From assembly GCA_030141605.1 (NCBI GenBank), contig JAQGDQ010000003.1:2852001-2916000 (forward strand): a DNA stretch of 64,000 bases. The letters are read 5' to 3'. The stretch's first letter is position 1; the number at the start of each line of letters is the position of its first letter. Origin of the DNA: Tubiluchus corallicola (lineage: Eukaryota > Animalia > Priapulida). Below the pieces are notes generated by a model. It saw only the letters and a program-made list of their open reading frames with translations. It did not search any database and was not told where the DNA came from. Shown piece by piece: positions 13,560 to 25,500 of this stretch. A program made the position numbers and the translations under genes.

Positions 13560-14650
13560 TGTTTGAAAATAAAATAACAAACCAATTCCTTAAATTTCAG
13601 CTTTGCAATCTTCAGTCTCTTCGCATTTTTATTCTTAGCACACTAAAATAAGTGTCATTACCAGGGTTGCCGTGAACAAGAAATTCGCATTCATACACAT
13701 TTCTACTAACACACATGCTTATTGAATATACTGTGAACACGGATCCTGAAAGAAGGCACTGTTCAGTTGAAATTGACAAAGATTTTATTGGCGGATGACA
13801 CTTACATCCTATAGTACGCGTTTATGCATTTGATAAGAACACGTTTTGGATTTAACCAACTACAAACGGTTATTCTTTTAGTTTCCAATATTTAAATATT
13901 AGTAGAAAGTAGAACTACCTTTCAGAAGATACGTGTTACCAGGACAGGTAATAAGCATATATGGATATAGATGTTTTCATGGATACGGATATGAAATTTC
14001 ATATCCAAGGCAATCTTGTACGCATTATATTACATGTATTACTGTTTACTGCCTGAACAAAACAAACTTCAACTTAAGCATAGCAATGCAGACGAAACTA
14101 ACGTTGCCATTTGCTAAACATAGTCACGTGTGTGATTACTGCTGCTTACCCGGGTAAAACGTCAAGACACTTAAAGTAAGAACGTGGGAACCAACTGGGC
14201 ATTTCTTTTAGAACATGTAAGAAACTAAAGAATGCTCCTCAATTTAGCATTCATCATTATATTTGTATCGATGGCCTTAAGGCTGATTTTAATCATTATG
14301 GCTAAAACTATTAATAACTGGGTAGTATTAACAGAAGACAGTTTATCCAAATACCCATAACGAACCTTCTCTTAATGTGCAAAGTAGTTCAATTCCCTAA
14401 ACCTTGTTTTCAAACATCTAGTTTACTGTATGCCTTTCTCTCTACTGTTTCACTACATCTTTGGGTTCTATGTAAATACATAACTTGTGATTTTTCATAC
14501 AGCGTAAACTGTATAAGCTTTACCTATAAAACTGGTTGCTGCTTGTGTACTCTATCAAACTGAAGAAGACAACTAGGCTCCTACACTCGAAACATTTGGT
14601 ATTATTTATATTCTAAAGTTTTTAATAAAAGTCGTTTTTTCAATAATTCT
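13560..14650 (+). mobile_element. Penelope-like retroelement remnant (GIY-YIG C-terminus plus pLTR with degenerate hammerhead motif)
   Basis: Frameshifted C-D-Y-C...AYPGKTSRHLKVRTWE.LGIS (about 14130-14205) and EPSLNVQSSSIP*TLF (about 14362-14409) resemble the PLE endonuclease end. These are followed by CTGAAGA...CGAAAC (14560-14593) and AATAAA (14624). The left boundary is approximate. Confidence 0.65.
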
Positions 14651-17055
14651 GCAAAGAAATAGTTGTACTTAATGGTGATCTCTCAATATTTTAATGTTCA
14701 ACGTAAGGAAATGCGATAATCATCAATTACAGCACAGAAACAAGCGGCCTACAAACAAATACAGCACTAGTACTGCTTTTTAATGATTAATTTGGCGCAA
14801 GTGACACTAATGAAGTATGAAACTCATATTAGGCATTAAAAACTCATCACCAGAACGCACCAATTGTCTTCAAAGCTTTTGCTACATATCTTGTAAATTT
14901 GAAAATACATTTTAGGAATGTTTCAGCAACGATGGCTGTGTATAGCTCCATGCTTACATTGATATGTCAGCTTCTTCATGCATTACTTACTAGTTAACTG
15001 GTCACGTAAACAATTACTTTACTGAAAAATTGTATTATACCAACCACAAATCACAATTATTTCCAAACGCTACAGTCATTATCAGGGGTGTAAGATCCAT
15101 TCACAAAATAGCAATTTGTAAATTAGGCCAGCGTGTCAGAGGGATAGGCAGTAATGATAGTAAATTATTATAAGAAGATTTAAATTTAAGTACCTAGCAA
15201 GAGAGAGACTTTTCTTTACACTATGGCCAAAATGTAGGAGAAAATATTCATCAAAACGGCTTCGAAAATGAAAAATGTCAGAGGAACTGCAAACCGACAA
15301 CAACAAGCATAATAGGTTATATGATATATTATAATTTCTGGTTAGATGTTCATTTAATTTTTCATTCTTAAAAACGTCGTCTAATTAGAAACTTTAAAAA
15401 ACAGCTTTTGCATACGCACACTGTACAAAACTATGTGCAATTTTTAATTAATATGTACAAACTCAGTGCATAAACGAAATTTACTTGAAACTGTATGAAA
15501 TTTTTCTTCAAAAATGAAGGAAACTTATATTCATGTAAATCTTTAAGCACATGCAAACGCAACTCATTTTTGTGAACAATTTCAATGGGCAGTAAGTAAA
15601 GCCTTATTTATGTAAAATTTTATTGCATAAATGGAACATTTCCCTGTGAACTTAAAACCCAGATAGACGACATTTTGCACAATTCATTAAGACTTGCTTA
15701 TTAAGCATATTTTGTATTTAGTTAAGCATATCACTATTCAAGTTAAGATTTGAAATAAAATTTTATAAAATAACCAAATATATTAGTGCAGAATGAGATA
15801 CGTCAGTTTCAGACCTGTTACGAACTAGTATTATGTAGCTGTACTACTCGAAAATACAAGAGCTTTAACAATCCCAGAAAATCTGTCAAAATCCGTAACC
15901 CGCAACCGTACACTAAAAATCTATGAGCGATATCCTCATACAACTGCTTATTCGGTTCACATCAATTAATTACTCTGATGAGTTCTAAGTGAGCTGTGCC
16001 CAAAAAGAGAAGTACTGGAATGAGATCAGTGAACAATAAACTAAAGCCTCAGGCGATTCACCGGTGGGCTATTTGCTATCCATTAGTGAGAATTCCACTT
16101 TCACTTAAACCTTTATAGACAAAAGGCAAAAGAAAAACGGCTAATTCATTAACAAGAATCACACAATGCAGGCTTTTGTTAAGAATGTGGAAATCTCAGA
16201 AAAACTGTGGTATTGTGCAATGGCGACGCCAAAGATGTAAGAATCTAGGCCAAGTTTGACCCTTAGCATTTTGGCTATAAGAAAAGATTACAAGTCGTGA
16301 ATACAATCTCTGGGATTTAGAAACTATAGTCTTCCGGAGTAAAGGTTCATTGTTTACAACACGATTCCGCGCATTTTGCAACAAAATTGCAGTCCAACTT
16401 TTACAATAACCTGACAGCACAAAACACTAACTAAAAACATTCAACACAAACGTAAGCAATAAAGCGATAGATTGAGTAGGAAATGCAAATAAATTGGGGT
16501 GGAACGACATATTAAGACAGTACTCGAGAAACCAAACCCGCCTATAACTGCCTGCAAATTTTGCATGTACGATAAACATTTCACACAGGTGTAATAAGTC
16601 ATTTATAGAAGTTATTATTACTTTAGTACCACCAGTATTATTATCGGCACAGGAAATCGTATTATTATGCAAATTCCACGTAATAACGGTAATAATACTC
16701 ATGTTCATATAGTTATGTACAGCATTTTCGCACAAAGCGAACCCTAACTGCAATGTGCAACTACAAAAGCACATCATGAAATTTGGCACACTCCAAAAGG
16801 AAAGCCATGATTTAGGCACACATGGTTACGTAATCTTGCACAAAACAGGTGTTTTTGAGTGTCGTAACTGCTATTTCGAAAAACTGAAACTGCACACTAC
16901 ATCACGCAAGCATGCTCCACCTGTCAAATCACTACGCTAATGATGTCGGTGATAAAATTATCTATAATTTAATCTTTATCGACGAAATAAAAGCTGGTGG
17001 AATGCAATGAAAGGTATCAATATTAGAATCTTTCATACATATCATACCATTAATG

Positions 17056-17108
17056 GAGAGAGAGAGAGGAAGAGAGAGAGGGGGGAGGGAGGGAGGGATA
17101 GAGAAAGA
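17056..17108. repeat. (GA)n / polypurine tract
   Basis: ggagagagagag...gggggagggagggaggga. Confidence 0.9.
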
Positions 17109-20100
17109 ATGTAAACGTAAAAGTTAGGAATCTAAATCAACAAAACTTCATATAATAGGGTTCATTGTACGTTTGTTGCACCATTGTCAGTAACAAAAGG
17201 GTCAAAACAGTGCCCCCTGCTAGCCTCAAATCATAACAAATTTGGTACAACAGTGCGCTGTTTTGTAAATGTTCAACCTGAATTCCGGTCTTCGGTCGGA
17301 TTTTCTCGACTGAGCCGACACAATACCAAGGCAACGCCACGACTTTGCTTTATCGCTAATCTAAACCAGAACCAAGGGCTAAGGAAACAGCAATTATTAA
17401 TGAACTAACATTATTTCTACCAGGCATTTTTTCACAGTGCGTCAATAGTCCTGTCATTAACTAAAAAGTAAGTTTTTTTTACTAGTCGTCAAGAAAAAAG
17501 TTGACGTCACAAGTTAAGGAAATAAGGTTTGGACCAAGGCAATAAATGAATCAGTTAAGAAGCATCACCCTCGGCGCACACGCATAATTTTAGTGCAATT
17601 TACATGTCCACAAAGAGTGCCAGTTCTTTAAAATAAAAGAAACGAACTGCACGCTGTGAAGGTGATTTGTTTATTTGCCAAAGCTCTGTTACAAATTCTT
17701 TGTCAGTTAAAAAGTAGAACGTTACCAGATATTAGTAGAATCAATGCAGCTATAGCACACTAACAGTCAATTTATCTCTACACGTACATTCTTTTGTGAA
17801 GGTTTTTTTGAAGTTGCTACGCATAATTGAAACTCATCTACGTCCATGAGTCCTATGCCATAAGTTTTAGGGTGACGAAGTACTCGAAGTGTTCACACAT
17901 AGCTGATCCGTTGCACTAGTGGTGATGCCATTATCCGATTCATACAGCAACGTAGTGTACGTGTGACGCTTACATTAGCACAAGCAGAGCCTGCAACTTA
18001 GCCACAAATTGTCCAGAATACCCCGAAACCTGAACAACTGCACCGCCACCGATCATATCACTTAACCACAAGCGAAAGGAAGGTATAGATTCCAGTTAAC
18101 TTAATGTAAGCCACAGGGGCATATGACAATATTTCGACCCATCAGGGCACTTGCAACTAAAATCCCCTTGTAAAACAAACAGGCATAGCATGCAAACAGA
18201 AAGCTGAACTTAGAATAATTCATAGTTTGAAAAGATGCTCAATTAGACAAACTGTGCCACTGAGCCAATACATTTTGTCCCGCTAACAAAATGAAACGCT
18301 AAATCCGGTCAATCAAATTGCAATTCGGTTGGACAGTAAATTCTCTTGTTTATCTGTGTAGAATCAATGAACTTCTAAGTCATAATTCAGGCACAGTAAT
18401 GGCATTGTATTGTAGAATTCTCAAACAGTTCAGGGTAATTACTGTCATTCAATAAGCCGTACGTAAGACGTAATGTACACCTGGGGGCACGCGACTAACC
18501 CGGGTAGATAAGATCAGCTAAGCCTGATTATAATAAGAGAATTCCCATATAAACAAGCACTGAACCGGTATTTTCAAGGAAAATAAAAGAAACGAAAAGT
18601 AATGCGCCTGTAGTAACTGCTACTACTACTAATCAATGTCCTTTGCCCCAATTACGCCTTTTGCCATTAAAATACAATGATTCGGCACAGATTGTTCACT
18701 ACTAATTAAGTATCACGTAAACTACTTACACTTGCACTCTGCACAATTACTTTCAAGTAAAATGAATGTGAAAGAGCCTTTGGAATGTTATTTCTAAAGT
18801 TTATCACATTAGGTCAGTAAAACCTGACCGTTGCAGCAGCCGAGTTCTATACAGGAATCTGGTCAGTTTAGAGAAAATAAGAAAATGGAATGTAAAACCT
18901 TCAGCTGCACATTCTATTAGGCTTACAGCCGCCGCTTTGTCATTACCATACAATAGTCATCTATAAGCAAAACATGTAAACTGCTATCCGAGGAAATAAC
19001 TGTACATTGGACATAACAGAACATAAATGTACTTAGGTCAGCTACAGTATCATTCACTTATAATTGTAACTAAGGCATGTGATGCATAACTTATTTAACA
19101 TGGATGACGTGGATTATCAACAATAATTTTAGTGCACCATATAGCCAGGCCAGTTCTGTCGAAATATATGTCATAATTTTTATATGCAAATAACAGAGAA
19201 ATTGAGTGCAATATGTGCAACTATGTAACCAGTTCGAGAATAATAATACTTGGCATTGTAACAAAGTGATTACTTGGCATTGGCACTGGTGCCTAACATA
19301 TGACTATACAGGCATGGCAAAAATAATCGTCATTCTGATAGGAAAAAGCCATACAGTGATTTGCTACATTCCGCATCCTGTTTAACTGTTTAAGGTTCAC
19401 CGAAGCTCATGAATAGGGATGACCAATTTTGCACTTAAAATCGATAAAGCATTGTATTGCAGCCGTGACATAATTTTAGCTTCAAGCGTCATGCAAGAGA
19501 TGCATAGTCACAAAAATAGTTTTAACAAAAAAATGTTTTTTTATAGCTGCGGTGTATCAGAACAAATGGAGTGAAATTCATTGGAGGACTATATCTCTTT
19601 AGAGGGAAGTAAATTTGCAATTTTAATCAAAAGAGGAAGTGCGAAGTAAAATTTACTAGATTGTGCACAAAGCTAATGTAAATGAACTGTAAAAAAGGAA
19701 AATAAGCCAAAAATAATGCAAATAACAAAATCTGACTCCAGCAATCAATGCTAATCAAGATTCAGGCAAAACTGAGATAAACGAATGAGAGAAAGAACAA
19801 ACGAATGTCTAAAACACGATGAACAAACAAAGAAAAAAAAATCAAACACAAACATAATTACAAAACACCAAGTGGTAAATGATAAATGATAATCAAATTT
19901 AAAGTGTACAGGTTACCACTTAGCCTAGATATTCGTTTGAAGCTTCAAGGAAACTCCAGAAAGTGACAACATCCTGGATGCTATTTTGACATTTAAGATT
20001 GTTGTTGTAAACAAATTAAGTAGTTTAAAAAGTAGCACAATACAGCAAGTTACGTCTACTCCAAGCTTGTACAGGCTTTTAAAATACAATCAACCAAATA

Positions 20101-20297
20101 CAGAAAAATCCCAAATTACCAATTAACATAAAATAACAATTATTCATCTCCAATTTGTTAGTACTCACTTTATAGATTATTACGTGATAGCAGGCTTTAT
20201 TATTCGGACGTTACTATCCAACGCAAAACACTGTTGCAAACACAAAGCACACAACAATAGCATCACTCACTAACACTATACGGCGCTGCTTACTCAC

Positions 20298-20720
20298 GTT
20301 GGTGGGTATCCAAGAGGTCAGTTCACCCAGTTATACTACTACACCAGTAAACTATTGCTCAGTTATTAACGGCTCACGGAGCTCAGCCGTGCAGTGAGGC
20401 GTACCGACAGGTGTTTTCCCACCAATGTTTGATCATCAAACTTCTACACACATGAGTATTTTACCTTTAAAATGTTTAATACGAAAACGTAAACATTAAT
20501 ACAGACTAACCCTTTCTAACAGCTTAGTAGTCAGTACCTCGTATATTCTGACTAACCATTAGACTGCTGTTACACCTGCAAATCTACATAGGAGCATCAA
20601 TAAGTCAATCGGTCAGAATCAGAGTGCTGTGAGGCACCTGGCGGCGGCTGAAAGAAATGATGCTGATGCAGTGGCCATGGCAACTAGAATAAATTATGTT
20701 AATAACAATTACAGGTGAAT
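20298..20720 (-). promoter_or_regulatory. Candidate promoter and non-coding first exon of the PDZD7/whirlin-like gene
   Basis: The ATG exon has an acceptor (ttttttcag|, exon starts 11171), so an upstream UTR exon is expected. There is a strong minus-strand donor aac|GTGAGTAAG at 20297 in a CpG-richer patch. An X-box GTGGCCATGGCAAC lies at 20671-20684 and CAGGTG/CACCTG sites at 20408, 20573, 20635 and 20712. Confidence 0.5.
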
Positions 20721-22331
20721 GAAACCATGCTTTTATAAACAATTATCGTTGGATTATTGCAAATGACAGAGTGTAACTTGCACATCCAAGTATATTATTG
20801 TACTTACACATACTTGGAATTATAACACATTAAATGGTAAAAAAAATTAAAAAAGTAACAAATTGTATTATACAAAGATATAATCAAAGAGGTAGCCAGG
20901 GCAAATACCACACAGTACAATGTGCATTAGTCCTAATTCTGATTATAACAAAGTTAAACTTATCTTACTATCCTTCAGTTGAGGTACCTGATATCTTGGT
21001 TACTACTTTTGCAAGCTGTATATCAATAAAACTTAGGAAATGAACTATGAGCGCGATGCCATAAACTGTGGCCCACTAATTCTTCCTTCCACTCCTTAAT
21101 TGATAACAATATTTGGCCTTTCATGTTCAGGTAAATTGGGAACTACTGAAAAAAAGTTTGTATTGCTCTTTTAATGTAATACAACTTTCTTATTTGTAGT
21201 TGCTCTGGCGCTGCTGCAAATTGATTTACTGTCTAATGTTTAGTGTGAATGCATCTGTGAGTTACTCTTGACATTTACTATTGAAGAGTAACTGGCAGCA
21301 AGTTTTACTTTCTAGTCTGTCTGAACATGCTTGCGAGTTACTTGGCAAGAAAACTCGCTAGTCTTGAATCGTTGGAGATGTCTGCAATTATTCTACATGC
21401 AATAAAGTTTGTCAAACTAACTGAGACCGCCCATTTCTTTGGTTTGAGGGTAAGAAAAAAGTGGATTCTAATTCAGTGAAATAATTCTGGTTAGGTAAGA
21501 CTAGCTATTTAAACTTTAATTTACTTTAGCATTATCAACATTTTATTCCAAAATGGTTAGTCATTAGACATATCTCCTTACAATAAAAGTTCGAAGTTGA
21601 AAATACAATGTAATCGGAAAGAGTGTGATGATTGCGATAACTAGTAATTAAGTGACGTATTTGCCAAGTTCAAGAATCAAACTATCAACAAGCCGCTTTT
21701 TACTTAACTAAGCTGCATTTAAAGAAAAGAACAAATCATTCAGTATGCTGTGTTCATTTAACACTGTTAACACCAAATTTAGAAATATATAACAAGGAAA
21801 TGTCCAAAAAACTGCCTATAAGCATAAATTGAAAATATACTACCTCTGAATAGAAATTTTCAGGTGTGATGGTTGCCGCCATTCAGTTGAGCATCATGAC
21901 CAACTGGGAGACTTCGTGACTATTCGTAAGCACGACGTGGATTTCTGTAAGCGTGCGCTGCTTAAAATAATTTGCAGCTTACCAAATGTTCATGCAAAAA
22001 TATTACAAAATTAGCTATCTAATTTTTTATAAAAACATATATGAAAACAGACTGATCGTGAGATACTTTTCTTCAAGACGAATTACATCATTGGAAGAGA
22101 ATGGGATGGAAACTAGGGATCACCCCAGCATGAAGTGATCGCGACTTTACTAATCACGAGGCGCTTATTGCAGTTTTATTACTAACATTTTTGCAAACAT
22201 TGACATGAACATAACCTCTTAGAAGGCTTGGCCATTCCTTTAATTTACTTTTCTCGTGCAGGTTGGAAATGCTAAAAACAAGAATAACAACAACGAAAAT
22301 GCAATTACAAAGTTCAAAAATAATCATAATT

Positions 22332-22337
22332 TTTATT
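22332..22337 (-). terminator. Candidate RRP12 polyadenylation signal (AATAAA)
   Basis: tttatt on the + strand about 260 nt past the RRP12 stop; a second copy lies at 22175-22180. The motif is common in AT-rich DNA. Confidence 0.35.
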
Positions 22338-22593
22338 GGAACTCTAACAATAAATAAAAATTCTAAGCAAATGCAGCAACTATCAGCTTCAGTAATTGTC
22401 AATACATAGCCAATAGTACTGTTAACCAGAAAGCAACCATTCAGAAGTAAGTAGGAAAACAAAGTCAAATTAGAAGAAATCTACATAACCTTACGAAATG
22501 CTAAGTTAAAAGAATGATACAAAAACGGTTCACACAGTTATGATACAATGATTGCAAAATTTGATAATGTAAAATATATTATATAATGGCTTT

Positions 22594-25500
22594 TTATCTC
22601 TGTCGTTTCTGCTTTTGGCCTTTTGCAGCACCTCTTTTGGCTGACTTCACTATTCCCTTAAACTGACCTTGAAATTTTGCTCTTTTCCTACAAAGATAAA
22701 AATAAAACGTTTTTGAAACGAAATGATGAATAAATAGACTTTCAAGTCACAATAGGCCCTCTGTATCACATAACATGGGTCAGCAGAAATATTTCCGAAT
22801 ACCTTCTTTTGTCGGTGACACAGAGTGGGGTGAACAGTGTGCAGAACACACAGGGTGGCCAATATTATAATATTTTCTTGCAATTTTGAGGTATTATTTC
22901 ATAATGATTGTTTTTCCACATGGGTCCATTATCAAAAATGATTTTCAAAATTCTGTACTAAACTTGGCGATATTACTGCGAGTATTTTTGACAAAAGCTG
23001 TCAGCATAGCTGGCTGCGAGCAGAGTTTTGTTAAGTTGGAATTAATTAAGAATTATCTTCGCTCAACTACGAGCAATCATAGCGATTCTTTCTACTGAAA
23101 GAGAATATACCGAATCACTTAATGTTCAAGAGATCACAAAGGACTTTGCAATTCAAAAAGTCAATAAGTTAAACTGTTAAACACCTAGCTGTTCAGTATT
23201 TTTCATATTTCCATTAAGAATAATACCTTAGTCCAATGTTCTCATGAAGAAATATCTAAGTTGTTCAACGTTTTTCATATTTTTCTTACTTGCAATTTTT
23301 GTCCCTTTTAGACTTTATAATTTGTTTCTATATCTTAAATTGAATTACTAAATTTGTTTTTTTTTATTGTCTGTCTCCACAGGTTTAAATTTTTATCATT
23401 ATTACAATGTTCATCACTTAATAAGTAAAATGTTCCTCTTTCATACAGAAGATGCGTTTATAACGGTCAAACGTTTAGGAAAGGCAGCGGCCAAATCCCC
23501 GCTACACTACTGTAATGTCAGTACTTTTAATAACTGCCTTTTTTGTCGATAATATTTTGATAATGAGAACTAATACAAATCTTGAAATAAACCTTTTATT
23601 CAGCTTTTGACAAAAGACTTATAACCCTTTAATCAGTCTATTCTGATTTACCATGAGATTAAATAATGATATGTTTTCGAGGAATTAATAAAGTCACGAT
23701 TTTTAAAATTGATGAGCAAATCTTATCAGCATGATTACTGTTAGAATGTTACATGGATTGTGGTGCTTACCTTTTGTTTAATACCGTCCTGTTAAGGGGC
23801 ATATAAGCGTAAGGATCAGGCTTACCATGTTTCTTAATGTCCCCACCTGCTTTCTACAAAAGAAAGTATTTAAGATGATTCAAAGGTAAGAAACACCATT
23901 TCAAATAGGCTGAAAATTTAGTCTCAGAAAGGTCAAAGATGGTACTTTAAAAGTGTTTCAATGCAAAAGCAGTAGTTGCATTTCAGCCAGCTGTAAAATA
24001 GAGCAATTTATAATATATTTTATGATGAATTAGATACCTTAGCTTTATACTCAGTTCCAGGATGTGCATCAGCGCTGATGTGTTTCTCCTTTACTGCACT
24101 AAGTGGTCTGTGAATTCCACTTCCACCAGCTGGATAAAATAAAATGGCTTTGAAGAAAAATCTTTACAAAAACCTGATAAAATTAACACTGAAATCATTA
24201 TTTGTGGGGATTGTCACCTTCATGAAAATAGTAGAAAAACTGCAAACACACTGCAAAATAAAGCATGGACAAAGTATCAGAATGTCTGTTTACACGAGAC
24301 CATTTCTCTGAAACCGTTTTTCCTATTTCCTACCCAGAATTCAATTTAGAGACCTACTTTTCAGGTAGAGAATTTGTGAGTCACTGGCCAGGACTTCAAG
24401 TGTAGTGCTGGATGCGTTTTGAATTGGTAAAGTTACTTGAGAAAACTGGCAAGGCTTTTCACAAAGTGGCTCCGTGAAAGAAAAGATTAGCCTGCGAGGC
24501 AGCAAAAGATGTTTTCATATATTAGCCCATGTGCCCATGTATGTATCTTCAGAACTTGTATACTCCCTAAAGGGAATGAAACTGTATTTGATACGAACTG
24601 GCCAGATGATGAAAAGATAAATATTATGCACAACCACCGTAACAAAGCAACAATGAATGTATACTGGGCAGAGCTGACTCATTTTTTTATTTAAAGCCAC
24701 CACTTTGTTTGCTACGAAGAGCATCACTTACTACATAAACAAGTAAAACCCAACTGTAATGTAATTACATATGTTAAAAAAACAATCATTTTTCCTCAAC
24801 TGACACAAACAATAGGAAATTTTTGTCCGAAAATGCAGAGCAAATGGAAACATCTGCAGCTTCACCTAATATCATACCTCTGTACTTTTGGGGGGTGGTC
24901 TCATCGTCACTGTCCATTTCCAATGGTCTTTTCTTTCCTTTTTTGATTATAGTGTCTGTTTTAATAATCTCATCAATATTGCCCATAAGAGAATCTCTGC
25001 CTAATAATAATATTTTTGACTATTATTACGACATAGTACTATTTTGAAAGGTAGCATATGAATTTATGAAATGATGCAGTTGCAGCTGTGGAAGGCTATA
25101 TACTGGCATACATAATAGCTCCCAGCTAAGTAGCATCGGTTGCAACATTTGTTATACACATGCTTGCATTGTACTATTATCAGCTGCTGGGACTAAACAC
25201 TGTGGTGGCAGTTATCCTAGTTGGCCTGAATCATAGTGGTTTCTACTGTTGCACTTTTATACAGTCTGATATAGATAACTTTCGCTTTTACAAATAACTA
25301 CATAGCAGCTAATGCTTTGATAATGTGTTTCTTGTTTTTAGCTAAATTTTGGCAAAATTGTTTCGAAGGTAAGTGATTACTCTCCACCGGCTAACATCAC
25401 CTATTAAATTCGATGAATATCGAGACTTGAACTGAGCAGTTTCTACAATGAGCTGCCTTACCAAATTGCGCTATCTGTGTGGTGGGCACATATTTAAAGT

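Noticed and set aside
24600-24680. C/D-box-like motifs (ATGATGA...CTGA) in an RRP12 intron
   Set aside because: They are antisense to the host gene, with no terminal stem and no recognisable rRNA guide.
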